A stretch of 63,352 bases of DNA, counting the filler, from Octopus bimaculoides (Eukaryota), in assembly GCF_001194135.2 (NCBI RefSeq). It is 5 parts of 4 records of this genome, joined end to end, with 100 filler letters (N's around TTAATTAATTAA, not from the genome) between each part and the next. Parts side by side here need not be neighbours in the genome. Positions count along the whole stretch, not along the records: positions 19,946 to 38,965 come from NC_068994.1; 4 more parts are not named here. One strand, given 5' to 3'. Under the pieces are notes generated by a model. That model saw only the letters and a list, made by a program, of their open reading frames with translations. It was not told where the DNA came from and did no database searches. Made by a program: the position numbers and the translations under genes. This document shows positions 23,932-38,373 of this stretch, one piece after another. How positions within the stretch are numbered: position 1 is the first letter of the stretch; each line of letters opens with the position of its first letter.

Positions 23932-25446
23932 TTACACACACTTAAACATATAAGAGCCTTCACATTGTTTCCGTCAATGAAATTCACTCACAAGACACAA
24001 GACATCAATCGGCCTGGGGTTATATTAGAAGATACTTGCCCAAGGTGCTGCGCTGTAGGACCGAACTCCAAACCAAGTGGTTGCGAATAAAGCTTCTTAA
24101 TCACCACAATGCCTACACCTACAGCTATTCTTACAACTATAAGCCATGCCTGGTCACCCATATAATCAAACCCACATACATATATACAATCACACACACA
24201 CACACACACATACAATAATCTTCAAGTGTTTCGATATCATTAATTACCAAAATCTGACAGACAAAGATAACTGATAGTATGCAGCCAAATATGAACACAC
24301 GGTGTACGTGAGCATATGCATACATATATGTAATAGGTACATAGACTATTTGATTGCATAAAAGACGCACGGGGCATTTTAGGTACATCGCAATTTCAAC
24401 AGCGTATATTTAAGAAAAAAAACTGCTTTTAGTACATTAAAGGTTATGGCAGGTCCATCATCACATATAGGAGCGGAGCCGGGGGTGGGGGATGGATTTA
24501 TTTTGAGCCTTTCTTTTTTTTTGAAAAGTTAATATAAGTCAAACGTGTTTCTTGTATAACATCAAATACAGTGCATACATAGGCATATTCGCACGTGTGT
24601 GTGTAGAATTTAAAATCACTTCTTTAACTTTCTAAAAGACATCTCAACGCTTCTAAAAGCAAACTTCGTTTGTTTATTTACGTTTGTCGTAATTTGAATT
24701 TAATATATATAATGATATAGATAAAGATGAATAGAGATCAGTTNNNNNNNNNNNNNNNNNNNNNNNNNNNNNNNNNNNNNNNNNNNNNNNNNNNNNNNNN
24801 NNNNNNNNNNNNNNNNNNNNNNNNNNNNNNNNNNNNNNNNNNNNNNNNNNNNNNNNNNNNNNNNNNNNNNNNNNNNNNNNNNNNNNNNNNNNNNNNNNNN
24901 NNNNNNNNNNNNNNNNNNNNNNNNNNNNNNNNNNNNNNNNNNNNNNNNNNNNNNNNNNNNNNNNNNNNNNNNNNNNNNNNNNNNNNNNNNNNNNNNNNNN
25001 NNNNNNNNNNNNNNNNNNNNNNNNNNNNNNNNNNNNNNNNNNNNNNNNNNNNNNNNNNNNNNNNNNNNNNNNNNNNNNNNNNNNNNNNNNNNNNNNNNNN
25101 NNNNNNNNNNNNNNNNNNNNNNNNNNNNNNNNNNNNNNNNNNNNNNNNNNNNNNNNNNNNNNNNNNNNNNNNNNNNNNNNNNNNNNNNNNNNNNNNNNNN
25201 NNNNNNNNNNNNNNNNNNNNNNNNNNNNNNNNNNNNNNNNNNNNNNNNNNNNNNNNNNNNNNNNNNNNNNNNNNNNNNNNNNNNNNNNNNNNNNNNNNNN
25301 NNNNNNNNNNNNNNNNNNNNNNNNNNNNNNNNNNNNNNNNNNNNNNNNNNNNNNNNNNNNNNNNNNNNNNNNNNNNNNNNNNNNNNNNNNNNNNNNNNNN
25401 NNNNNNNNNNNNNNNNNNNNNNNNNNNNNNNNNNNNNNNNNNNNNN

Positions 25447-26214
25447 NGAAGATGAATGGAGGCATAACATCGCCATCACTAGTGATCACTCCAAACACCA
25501 TGATGATGACTGGATGTTTGATTGTTATCACTCTCAGTGCATGTTTTGGGGACATGGCAAGCTAAAGGTTGTTCTGTGTGTTCACCATCTGATCCTGGCA
25601 GAAATTTTTCTCGCCTGAGAAAAACTAAAGCATGTTCGGATGGAGGGGATGCTTGAGTTTGTTCAAAAGCTTCGTAGTGCCGTCTTCCTTTTTGTCCTCG
25701 ATGACTTGGGATAAAAATTGGCCCTTTCTCATCTTGTATGAGGAATACCGAATGTCTTCAAGCACTACTTCTCTGATAAGAAAGTCAGACACTTCTATGT
25801 CTCTGGTGATCAACCTGATTGAATTGGAGGGATAGTTGTCAATCATGGCTTAGATCTCACCAATAAATTCAGTTCTTTTCATATCAGAACAATCAAAGTA
25901 GGTTTTCCGAGCTGCGTACTTTCATAATCACCATTAGACTCATTCAACTCTTGCCGAATCCTCTGCATTGTTCACAAATTGAAACCCAGACACCCTCAAA
26001 AGTTTGTATTGGAGCTTCCGGTGCGAATGCGAAGCCGCACAGCATGTCATTTCCAAACTTCTGGCAAGGTGAATTGCGTCATGATGCTGTTTTTCTTACA
26101 GACGGTGCCCAACTAACCCTACTATACTGTGTAGTCGACAAAATCAAAAACAAACAATGAGTATGCGCGAAATTAAAACTATAAAATGGCGTCAATTTAC
26201 CCATCGCACCCTGT
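25447..26214 (-). mobile_element. Tc1/mariner-superfamily DNA transposon remnant (5' half)
   Basis: KHPVIIMVFGVITSDGDVMPPFIF and YKMRKGQFLSQ transposase fragments. The end reads TA-CAGGGTG on the minus strand at about 26214, typical of a TIR start. Confidence 0.8.
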
Positions 26215-26497
26215 ATATACCCATATATACATATAAATACATAAATATACACATGCATACATACATACAAAATTACATATACGCTTGCGTGTGTTCATAT
26301 ATATATATACCAAATGTTAGTACACAATAATAAGTCTTTTGACCCCTCCCTCGCTGTCCTTTAAGAAGCTACAACGATTCTTCTGGATATTGGCCAACTA
26401 TAATCTTCAATGGAAAATTCTTTCTTCGCAAACAATATTGACACTTAATCAATCAATGCTGATTGCTTCCAAAATTTCGTCCCTCTCTCTATGTTTG

Positions 26498-26528
<31 letters not shown>

Positions 26529-26677
26529 CTCGCTCTCTCGCTATCATTCTCTCTCTCTCTCTCTCTCTCGCTCTTGCTCTCTGTCTACTTCCTCACATTC
26601 TTACTGTCTTTCCTTCCGTGTTTACTTAACATTTCAAAAACAACAATACACACGCAGTCGTCTGCATTTGTATGTGT

Positions 26678-26716
<39 letters not shown>

Positions 26717-27344
26717 CGTGCGTAGACACACATACATACACGGACACACATACACACGTCTATAATTTAACTGTAATGTTGCATAAGGTGGCTCGGAGGC
26801 TGAACGTTTCGTCCATTGCACTTATTAAACTTTCGGTTTTGAACCATTTTTGTGATTTTAGTACCGAATAGTAATATATTCTTTCCTTTATAGGCNNNNN
26901 NNNNNNNNNNNNNNNNNNNNNNNNNNNNNNNNNNNNNNNNNNNNNNNNNNNNNNNNNNNNNNNNNNNNNNNNNNNNNNNNNNNNNNNNNNNNNNNNNNNN
27001 NNNNNNNNNNNNNNNNNNNNNNNNNNNNNNNNNNNNNNNNNNNNNNNNNNNNNNNNNNNNNNNNNNNNNNNNNNNNNNNNNNNNNNNNNNNNNNNNNNNN
27101 NNNNNNNNNNNNNNNNNNNNNNNNNNNNNNNNNNNNNNNNNNNNNNNNNNNNNNNNNNNNNNNNNNNNNNNNNNNNNNNNNNNNNNNNNNNNNNNNNNNN
27201 NNNNNNNNNNNNNNNNNNNNNNNNNNNNNNNNNNNNNNNNNNNNNNNNNNNNNNNNNNNNNNNNCACACGCAGTCGTCTGCATTTGTATGTGTGTGTATG
27301 TGTGTGTGTGTGTGTGCGTGTGTGTGTGTGTATGTGTGTATCTG

Positions 27345-27548
27345 TGTTTGTGTGTCTGTGTTTATCCCCCCAACGTCGCTTGACAACCGATGCTGGTGTG
27401 TTTACGTTCCCGTAACTTAGCGGTTCGGCAAAAGGAAACCGATAGAATAAGTACTAGGCTTACAATGAATAAGTCCCTAGGACGATTTGCTCGACTAAAG
27501 GCAATGCTCCAGCATGGACGCAGTCAAATGACTAAAACAAGTAAAAGT
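27345..27548 (+). mobile_element. SINE family A 3' half
   Basis: cgcttgacaaccgatgctgg...gcagtcaaatgact. Confidence 0.85.
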
Positions 27549-27564
27549 GTAAAAGAGAGAGAAT

Positions 27565-27730
27565 TATTCTTTTATTCTTTTACTTGAACAAATCAACCCC
27601 AGGACTTATTCTTTGTAAGCCTAGAACTTATTCCATCGGTAACTTTTACCGAACTGCTAAGTTACGGTGACGTAAACATACCAACATCGATTGTCAAGCG
27701 ATGGTGGAAAGGACAAACAGACAAACGAAC
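27565..27730 (-). mobile_element. SINE family A 3' half, inverted relative to its neighbour
   Basis: ccccaggacttattctttgtaagcctag...gtcaagcgatg. Confidence 0.85.
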
Positions 27731-27918
27731 ATACACATACATTGATATATATATACATTAATCTGAGGGGTTATTCTATACTTTTGCAGAGTACAAAGTC
27801 TGTCCTGAACAAGAATATTGCTGACTGTGACTATGAAGTTTCGTCCAGTCAAGTGAACGATGACTTAACTGACCGAAACTTCGAAGTCACTGTTAACAAT
27901 ATTCTTGTTTAAGAGTAA

Positions 27919-28028
<110 letters not shown>

Positions 28029-28029
28029 C

Positions 28030-28078
<49 letters not shown>

Positions 28079-28270
28079 ATGCTGTTGTTAGTGTCGTTGT
28101 TGTTCTTAGTAACTGTGGCTGACTGGAAAACTATTTGACGAAATGGTTTATGTGTCGTTCCGCACCNNNNNNNNNNGTCTTTAGTTTTTGCTTTTCTGGG
28201 GTTGGGTCGGCGAAATAAAGTAGGGAACTGAGTTCGATCGCAAACGATTACATCGCCATCATCGTCTTCA

Positions 28271-28303
<33 letters not shown>

Positions 28304-28307
28304 TCAC

Positions 28308-28380
<73 letters not shown>

Positions 28381-28381
<1 letters not shown>

Positions 28382-29955
28382 AGATACCTTTCCTGTGTGC
28401 CAGGAGTCTCCAGTACCTTCTGTGTTTTGTTGCATGCATACAAACCTCCAGGTTCTTGTTTCCGGCCCATTATTTGATAATGTTTATCAAGAAACTTCTT
28501 TGACCCCCTCTCATTCTCTTTTTCTTTCCTCTCCCCGCCCACACACTTCCTGTCATGATGACTCCTGGTGTATCGCACGTCCAAAATTTGATGTCTTTGT
28601 TGATTTGATTCTCGACAGCAGGTGTCCTTCAACTTTCAGCATTTCTAGTACTGCAGCATTTGTTACCTATTCTTTCCAGCTTAATCTGCGAAAGACCAAC
28701 ATCAATAGAGGACTTTTGGCAAAATATAACAAGTTAGCCATTATTTTTGATACAGTGTGATGTCTTTTGAGGAGAAAATGTCTTTCACTTTTGTAAATGA
28801 AGGTTTAGTGTTATTTATTTCTTTGAAAAACTTCTTCACGGCAACCTTCCTGGTTTACTATTTTTCCTAAACACTTGAATTTTTTTTATTTCTTCAAGCT
28901 TCTGTTCGTCTTTCTTTGTATTTGCTTCCGTTTGTTTTGTCTTACTAATAACCATTGTCTTTGTCTTTTTGCATTCATATTTAGGCTTTTCTTGTCACTT
29001 CGCTCTTTTATAACAACAGTTTCTTGTAAACGCTGTATCATCAGCATATCTCATATTGTCTATGTCCATGCCATTGACTGAGAATTCTTTTATCTCGTTC
29101 GATTCTGTGAATATATATTCAGTTTATGATTATACACTCCGTGTGTGTTATACTCAGTGTATGTGTGGTTATAATATAATCCTTGTCTTACACCTCTTTT
29201 GATCTCTGCTAATTCTGACAATTCCTGGTCTATTTTGATGGCTACCTTTTTGGTTTCAATACAACACAAAGGATCCTGATGTTCTTTCTTTCTAAGCCGG
29301 CTTTATCTAAAGAGAAGAAGAGATTTCTGTGGTATACATGGTCAAATGCCTTCGCATAATCTATGAAGCAAGCATAAAGATCTTTTTGTATTGGCATTTA
29401 CTTTTGTGCTCGACTGTTGTAGTAGAATATGACATTGTATACACCTCTGTTGGCCCTCAATCCAAACTACTCCTCATTGACTTTTGCAGTTATTTTGCAT
29501 TTCTATTCTTTATAATATCGTTGTAAGAAATGTTTTAAGAGTATAAGATATGAAATTGGTAGTCTTGAAATCACTCAATGGCCTTTGGGTTTTACGGCAG
29601 CTGATAAATACCAATGTTTTGAAATCTCCAGAAAGATATCCAGATTCATAGAAATCATTGAAAAAGATCTGTGAGTTTGTCAATGCCGTAATCTTCTGGT
29701 ACTTCTAACATCTCACATATTATTGGACGTGGCCTTGGAGCATTTACCTTATCTCATCTTCTTGATGAGTTCCATCTCAGACTTTAAAATCTTAGGTCAG
29801 TTAAATTGGATGGTAAATGCATTTCGGGTCTCTCATCCTCAAATATCTATCCTATGTATTTTGACTGTCTTTTCATGATCTCTTTTCAAAAAGCAGTTGT
29901 CCTTTTTCTCTTTCAACACATTCCACTTTGAAGATTATTCGTTCATTCTCTGTCT
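28381..29955 (-). mobile_element. RTE-clade LINE, 5'-truncated and degraded
   Basis: DLYACFIDYAKAFDHVYHRNL near 29310-29390 plus other RT and C-terminal remnants. A (GAT/GCT)n tail lies at 28255-28380. Confidence 0.85.
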
Positions 29956-30204
29956 GTCGGCGAAATAAAGCATCAGTCAGGAACAGGATTCTTTCTCAAA
30001 CGACTACATTTTCCCACCTATATGTGGGATATGTTCTTATTTCGCAAAACAGTAACTAAAACCGAATAAAAGAAGGTGGTACTAAATGTCTTACAGAGAT
30101 TAGTACCGTTGTTTCTAGTTAAAATATCGATAAAAGTCTTTCTCATTCCTTCCTTCAGGGGTCCGTTTAAATAGACAGGTGTCGTATACTGATCAATATC
30201 TATC

Positions 30205-30370
30205 TCTTTTTATGTTTTATTTGTTTTAATCATTGGATTGCTGGGGCACCGCCTTAAACGGGTTAAGTCCAATGAATCGCTGCAATTACTGTTTAAGTCC
30301 TGTACTTTAAAGTCTTAGATCTCTTTTACTGAACTGCTAAGTTAGAGGGACGTGAACAAACCAACACCGA
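30205..30370 (-). mobile_element. SINE family A 3' part, diverged
   Basis: Reverse-complement tail and ctaagttagagggacgtg core. Confidence 0.65.
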
Positions 30371-30484
30371 TTTTCGAATTTTCATTAATGATTTTTGGCA
30401 AATTCTATCTCCATATTACATCATTAGTTTGATACTTGTCCAATTGTTGCTGAATCATTTATTCTTTATTTTCACATATAAGAC

Positions 30485-31230
30485 ATGAACATTCTTATAG
30501 CTTTGAGTGGTGAAAAAATTGAAATTCAAGTCTGTGGAAAAAGAGGACTGAATGCAAAGGTAGAGGCAAAAAAGCAAAAAAAAACAAAAAACAAAAAAAA
30601 AAAACAAATTAATGATGTGAAAGGCCCAGGAACTCGACGAACGTTTGGCACAAAAGTAGTTCGGACGTTTCAAGGAACGTGACATTAGGACAAATCAAGG
30701 TTAGGGAGACTTTATGTTGGGAAGTTGGGGCCTTGCTTGAAATAGTTGAACAACAGCCAAGCACAAGTACTCATACATTGTCGGCTGACCTTGGTACTTC
30801 ACAAAACACCATCCATCGACACCTCTTTAAACTCAGCTTTGTAAACAGACGTTGTCGAGCATCTCTGCATGAACTGACCATTGACCAGGCTCACCGACAT
30901 GTGAGAATTTTCAAACAACTGCTGGCAAGTCCTCCTGACGCCCATTTTTGGCGTCGAATTGCGACTGGAGATGAAAAAGGAATCTATTTTCGTAATCTTA
31001 ATAAGAAAAATCAGTGAATTCGTTCCAACCAGGCTTCAGAACTTGTGGTGAAACAAGGGCGGTTTGAACAGAAGGTTATGTTGTGTGTTTGGTAGAATTG
31101 CTTGTCGCAGATGGTTATTCTGCTCGACGACTGTAGTGAATATATGATGCTTTGAAAGCCCATTATCTGGCTTTCAAAGCACTCCTACAATATGACAATG
31201 TCCCAGCGCATACTGCCTATAGATTACAAC
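30485..31230 (+). mobile_element. Mariner transposase pseudogene
   Basis: INDVKGPGT, LLEIVEQQP, HELT and RRIATGDEKGIYF(RN) motifs, with frameshifts. Confidence 0.85.
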
Positions 31231-31499
31231 CCCTCCCATCAGATTACGACCCCCTCACCCCGAGTCATGGTACATTTCCCACACGGATAGAGGTCCAACA
31301 AAGTGGATGAAATTGTAAACGGGTGCTTGGGGATTATTTTGCCTCTAGAGTCTAGTGCTGTAAGCGTAGAATCGAGCTCTGGCACAGAGATGGCAACCGA
31401 CAATAGTATATGTTGGGATATATACACTGATGAATAGACGCTTTGCGGATGTAATTTGTTTGAACTGTTAATTAAAGCTTGAAAAACTTTCAACCTGGT

Positions 31500-31580
31500 A
31501 ATGATGACGACGACAACAACGACGATGACGACGACGACGATGACGATGATAATAACGACAAAACCGATGACGATGACGAC

Positions 31581-31630
<50 letters not shown>

Positions 31631-31649
31631 CAATGATGATGATGATGAC

Positions 31650-31696
<47 letters not shown>

Positions 31697-31722
31697 NNNN
31701 NNNNNNTGATGATGGTGATGAC

Positions 31723-31766
<44 letters not shown>

Positions 31767-31819
31767 CGATGATGATGATGATGATGACGATGATGATGAT
31801 GATGATGATAATGATGATA

Positions 31820-31855
<36 letters not shown>
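31500..31855. repeat. (GAT/GAC)n microsatellite
   Basis: Direct reading. Confidence 0.95.
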
Positions 31856-31856
<1 letters not shown>

Positions 31857-32861
31857 CGCCTTAGTTTCTTCAGATTAACAAACACTTAAATTGTTCCCCG
31901 TTTTTACCACACCATTACAATCTCGCTTCTTCGACGTTATTTGTTAACGATTAGACTAGCTTGTATCTCACATTTCTATAGCTTCCAAATCAATGGCAAA
32001 TATCTGCGTGTGTGTGTGTGTGCGCATGTGTGTGCCCATGTGTGTGCCCATGTGTGTGCGCGTGTATGTGTATGTCTGTGTACAGTGGAGTATGGCGATT
32101 AGTAAAACATAGATTGGATGTCGACTAGCCAATGAACACATTATTAGAGGCTCGGAAAGTAAATTGAAACCTATTAACTCAAATTTGATAACGCTAATGA
32201 ATATAATAATGATGTCTTACTTTGGCACGATACCACAGATTCCTGGGGGAAGGAGGAGAGCTGGTGGGGTCGTTTATATAGAGGCTCAACCACTAATGGC
32301 CAGAATTCCAATAGTTGTTTATTTTATGGAGCCCTAGGAGAATAAATAGCAATACTGACGCCGACTGGTTTCGAACGCTAACCGTTCATAGATGAATGTA
32401 GCAAAATACCTCAATGTTATTTTTCCCCGACGTTTTATCAGTTCTGTTATTCTTTCTATAATCCTATAATAATGAAGCTAATGTAAGCGTCTGTCTGTAA
32501 AGTCACATAAGTAGCTAAAACGCCGAAAGTTTGATGAATGCAATGAACGAAAGTTTCAGCCTTTGAGTTGATTTGGTCACTTTACAGCAGAATAGAAAAA
32601 TATATTCTGTATGTCTGTCTCTCTATTTGTCTCTCCCTCTCTCCGTACATGCGTATATGTATCTATGTATGCATTGCTCGAAATGAAGAATAGACAGACA
32701 GCCGACAACTGATGAAGGGTCCTTTCCTTGTCTTTGCTTGTCCTGTTTTCCATTTTTTCTTGGTGTTTATGTATCTAACTGGTTCGTTTACGTAATTCAT
32801 GTTTTTTTCCACCGTTGGCAACGTCCTGTACCCATATATGCATGTATATATGTATTATATT

Positions 32862-33057
32862 ACTCTTTTACCTGTTTCAGTCGTTTGATTGCGGCCATGC
32901 TGGAGCACCGCCTTTAGTCGAGGAAATCGACCCCAGGACTTATTCTTTGTAAGCCTAGTACTTAATCTATCGGTGTCTTTTGCCGAACCGCTAAGTTACG
33001 GGGACATAAACACACCAGCATCGGTTGTCAAGCAATGCTAGGAGGACAAACACAGAG
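32862..33057 (-). mobile_element. SINE family A 3' half
   Basis: gcggccatgctggagcaccgcc...gtcaagcaatgc. Confidence 0.85.
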
Positions 33058-33964
33058 TCAACAGATGAGATCCAGAGATGCTCATTATAGAAAACACTTA
33101 ATAGCGCTCAAATGATTTGAACTTACGATATGAAATCTTTACTGCGTGGTGAAGATAGGCTATGAGAGAAATCCACGTGAGAAGATATGGGGATATGATG
33201 CAAATAAACAAATAAAACCGCTTGGGTTAGATATACAAAATATACATTCATATACAAGTAAATAGAGAGAATACAAAGACTGAAATATTCAGACGATGAA
33301 CACTCATGTATAAATATATAAATATTTATATATTAACAGAGCAGATTTACATAAGTACAAAGACACAAAAAGGATAAATGGAGAAGTTATGCTATTACAG
33401 GTTCGACAGCTGTTTCTGTGAGCTCAGAATTACATCATAATTTTGGCAGATGTAGTTTGAACAAAGTCAAGGATATGTGTCTAGTAGTATAAGCATATAA
33501 ACATTAGGTAAATTCAGCTTCTAGGTGGAGAGATAGGTATCGAACCCTGATAGGTACAAAAGAAAGGTCGTAAAGATAGGTACAAACAAAGGTCGTAAAT
33601 ATAGTACTGGAATACTAAAGACAGAATAAAAAATGTGATTTTATCAGAACTAAGAAGTTTCATAAGCCGTTACTCCGAGTTTTAATTACCCGATAATACT
33701 TTGATGATCGAGACTACGGAGTAGTTGTTTGTTAAGTTTTTAACTTCTATAAAACCTTATGTATGTTTAAATATATGGTATTTTTATTCATGTGTTTATG
33801 CACATACACTCACACAGAGATACACATATATGTATTTATATATTTATACATGTATGTTTATAAAGGATTCTTATATATGTATATGTGCTAATATATATTA
33901 ATATATATATGTATATGTGTGTGTATGAATATGGGCTATATATAAATAAATACACATAAATTTG

Positions 33965-34021
<57 letters not shown>

Positions 34022-35079
34022 ACACATACGTACATACATGCACATTAAGTATAAATAAATAAAAGTTTAAAGTTCTTTATAATCACCGTGTATCGCCGAG
34101 CTTACGAACCGCCCACCGCACCTCTACACCTTCCTCCTCTATCTACCTGAACGACAGTAACCTCTACCTGATATGGTAGGTTATCTTATAGTTGACATAA
34201 TCTTTAAGCCGGCCGCCATTAATTTTGTAAGCTTTTCTTTTTATTTTCTTCTCCTTTCTTTTCTTTTCTCTTCTTTTTCTGTTTTAATAGCCAGCTTTAT
34301 AATCTTTCTTAGTTTATCTTCTCTTGTCTTGTAAATTCTTGCTAACATACATTCTGAAAATGTCATTTTTGCAAGACATTTTCGTTTTAATGATTTGTAG
34401 GAATAAAATTCGGATTAGCGTTCCAAAGCTGTTCATCTCAAATAGCAAGAATAAGAGACATTTATAGTTCCTCGGGCTAAAATTGTTTCTGTTCTTGTTG
34501 CTGTTGTCTTTGTTATTGCCTTTGCTTTTGTTTAGCCCCAGGTCAGTCCTGTTTGAAAATTATTATAACCAAAAGCATTCCAGCCGTGATCATTCCGCCT
34601 TATTTTCAAGCATAATGGATTGTATCGACCTATCTACGACCATATCAAACATGTCTACTTCATTTGGAAGACGTATTATTTGCGGGAGATTTGGCTGCTA
34701 TTTCAAGCAGATCGTATGTCCACCTAGATGTTGCAGCTGCTTATAGCTAACCTCTAGAATGATATTAAATTCTTCTGACAACACTACTACATGATGTATT
34801 GTCGATAACTTTGTCATAAGTTATCGCAGAAGGGTTACGAAAAGGTTTAATTTAGGTGACTTTTATTTTATGTCTAAGAGTAACATATGGAGACAAGACG
34901 TGTGTTGTAAAGGTTTATACTAACATAAATACACAAGCAAAAACGGCTTAAATTAACTAATGACAGTAATATTGTTGCCGGTTGTTGTCAATATGTGGGT
35001 TGTCAAGGTTTATATCAACACATATAGAAGAAAATCTGCTTTAAATTAGACAATGACAATAATATTGGTGTCATCGTCA

Positions 35080-35297
35080 AGGCAGCCAGCTGGCAGAATC
35101 ATTAGTATACCGAATAAACTGCTTAGCCACATTTCGTCCGTCTTTACATTCTAGCTTCCAATTCCACCAACGTCGACTTTGCCTTTGATCCCTTTTGGGG
35201 TCGACAAAATAACTGCCAGTTGAAAACGGGGATCGATGTAATCGACTTAACTTCTCCCCCGAAATTACTGGCCTTGTGCCTAAATTTGAAACCAATA
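35080..35297 (+). mobile_element. SINE family B
   Basis: ggcagccagctggcagaatc head and gtcgactttgcctttgatcc core. Confidence 0.8.
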
Positions 35298-35744
35298 TTA
35301 GTTTCATCGTCGTCTTTGTTGATGTTGTTGTTGCAGGTGTTGCTATCAATCTTGAAGTCGGCCTAGAATCAAAGTTACTGTCTAGTCAAGACAACCCCTT
35401 CTCTTAATTCAGATTTTTCTCTTTTTTTTATATTATTTAATATTATATTTTCCATTTTCTCCTCTGGTTACTCGGTTTCCATGGTGCATAAGTGGCCGTG
35501 ATTACATTCTCTCTGAACGGAACGCCAGTCCGTCGCAAACTTATTCACTTACAGCTGAGTGGACTGGAGCGACAAGAAATGAAACGTCTTGCTCAAGAAC
35601 GTATGACCTGCAAGGTCACGTGACGCTTATCTTGACATAGGTCACCATATCGCGCATATATATATATGGTTGTGATGCATGTGTCTGGTGTACTCATATC
35701 AGACGGGTAGTCATGACGGGTACACTGGGTTTCGTATATACTCT

Positions 35745-36150
35745 TACACTTTTACTCTTTTACTTGTTTCAGTCATTTGACTGCGGCCATGCTGGAGCAC
35801 CGCCTTTTATAGTTGAGCAAATCGACCCCAGAGCTTATTCCTTGTAAGCCTAATACTTATTCTATCGGTCTCCGAACCTCTAAGTTACGGGGACGCAAAT
35901 ACACCAGCATCGGTTGTCAAGCGATGCTGGGGGGACAAACAGACACACAAACATCCATACACATACATATATGTATATATATACATATATACGACGGGCT
36001 TCTTCTAGTTTCCGTCTACCAAATCCACTCACAAGGCTTTGGTCGGCCCGAGGCTATAGTAGAAGACACTTGCCCGAGGTGTCACGCAGTGGATTGAACC
36101 CAGAACCATGTGGTTGGTAAGCAGGCTACTTACCACACAGCCGCTCCTGC
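35745..36150 (-). mobile_element. SINE family A, full length
   Basis: Whole consensus in reverse orientation. Confidence 0.9.
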
Positions 36151-36227
36151 ACCTATATGGCCACTCCTGCGCCTGTATATGTACATAAGTGTCACTTTCA
36201 TGACGTGTGCTGCTCTATCACTCAATA

Positions 36228-36432
36228 GCAATAATGGTTTCAAATTTTGGTATGAAGCCAGCAATTTCAGCTGGCTTACGTCGATCACATCGACTCCAGT
36301 GCCCAAAGGATACTTATTTTATCGATCCCGAAAGGATGAACGGCAAAGTCGAGCTCGGCAAAATTTGAACTCAGAACATAAGGAGGGGCGAAATGCCGCT
36401 AAGCATTTTGTCCGGCATGCTAATGATTCTGT
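36228..36432 (-). mobile_element. SINE family B
   Basis: Family core in reverse orientation. Confidence 0.8.
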
Positions 36433-37553
36433 CAGGTCACCATCATGCACACACACACACACACACACNNNNNNNNNNNNNNNNNNNNNNNNNNNNNNNN
36501 NNNNNNNNNNNNNNNNNNNNNNNNNNNNNNNNNNNNNNNNNNNNNNNNNNNNNNNNNNNNNNNNNNNNNNNNNNNNNNNNNNNNNNNNNNNNNNNNNNNN
36601 NNNNNNNNNNNNNNNNNNNNNNNNNNNNNNNNNNNNNNNNNNNNNNNNNNNNNNNNNNNNNNNNNNNNNNNNNNNNNNNNNNNNNNNNNNNNNNNNNNNN
36701 NNNNNNNNNNNNNNNNNNNNNNNNNNNNNNNNNNNNNNNNNNNNNNNNNNNNNNNNNNNNNNNNNNNNNNNNNNNNNNNNNNNNNNNNNNNNNNNNNNNN
36801 NNNNNNNNNNNNNNNNNNNNNNNNNNNNNNNNNNNNNNNNNNNNNNNNNNNNNNNNNNNNNNNNNNNNNNNNNNNNNNNNNNNNNNNNNNNNNNNNNNNN
36901 NNNNNNNNNNNNNNNNNNNNNNNNNNNNNNNNNNNNNNNNNNNNNNNNNNNNNNNNNNNNNNNNNNNNNNNNNNNNNNNNNNNNNNNNNNNNNNNNNNNN
37001 NNNNNNNNNNNNNNNNNNNNNNNNNNNNNNNNNNNNNNNNNNNNNNNNNNNNNNNNNNNNNNNNNNNNNNNNNNNNNNNNNNNNNNNNNNNNNNNNNNNN
37101 NNNNNNNNNNNNNNNNNNNNNNNNNNNNNNNNNNNNNNNNNNNNNNNNNNNNNNNNNNNNNNNNNNNNNNNNNNNNNNNNNNNNNNNNNNNNNNNNNNNN
37201 NNNNNNNNNNNNNNNNNNNNNNNNNNNNNNNNNNNNNNNNNNNNNNNNNNNNNNNNNNNNNNNNNNNNNNNNNNNNNNNNNNNNNNNNNNNNNNNNNNNN
37301 NNNNNNNNNNNNNNNNNNNNNNNNNNNNNNNNNNNNNNNNNNNNNNNNNNNNNNNNNNNNNNNNNNNNNNNNNNNNNNNNNNNNNNNNNNNNNNNNNNNN
37401 NNNNAACTACCAGCACCAACACAGCCATTACCAAACTACTACCGCCACTACCACAACCATTCCCACCTCTACTGCCACCATCAACACAGCCGTTACCACT
37501 ACAACCGGCACCGTTCTAAAGACAGCATCAGCAACAAGAACTGCAGCAACAGC

Positions 37554-37585
<32 letters not shown>

Positions 37586-37609
37586 CATTATTATTATTAT
37601 TATTATTAT

Positions 37610-37661
<52 letters not shown>

Positions 37662-38021
37662 GGTGGTAACAGTTGTGATGGTGATAATAGTGGTGGTAGT
37701 AGTAGTAGCAGCAGCTGCAGTAGTCGTTACTGTTGTTGTTTCGTTGTTTAGCGCCCTCACTGAAGATAATTCGAGTGCAGTACTTATAACTAATATCCCC
37801 TCTTTCTCATCCTTATCTTCGTTCCTCTTCTTGCTCCATTCAACCCTTGTCCTTTTGTCCCCTTCTACTCGCCCCCTCTTAATCTGCTCCTCATCATCCC
37901 TTTCCCTTCCCCCTTTTTCCTTCTTCTCCTTCGTAATCTCTTCTTTCCTCCCTTTAATATCGACCTTCGCTCACCCTCTTCTCACGACACGACCAGCGCC
38001 ATATTAGATAAGAGACAGATC

Positions 38022-38122
<101 letters not shown>

Positions 38123-38318
38123 GGGAGAGAGAGAAAGAAAGAGAAAGATAAATANNNNNNNNNNNNNNNNNNNNNNNNNNNNNNNNNNNNNNNNNNNNNN
38201 NNNNNNNNNNNNNNNNNNNNNNNNNNNNNNNNNNNNNNNNNNNNNNNNNNNNNNNNNNNNNNNNNNNNNNNNNNNNNNNNNNNNNNNNNNNNNNNNNNNN
38301 NNNNNNNTATATATATAC

Positions 38319-38373
<55 letters not shown>

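Noticed and set aside
32685-32735. CTGATGA near an upstream GAAA as a type II hammerhead
   Set aside because: Helices I and II do not form and there is no NUH triplet in position.
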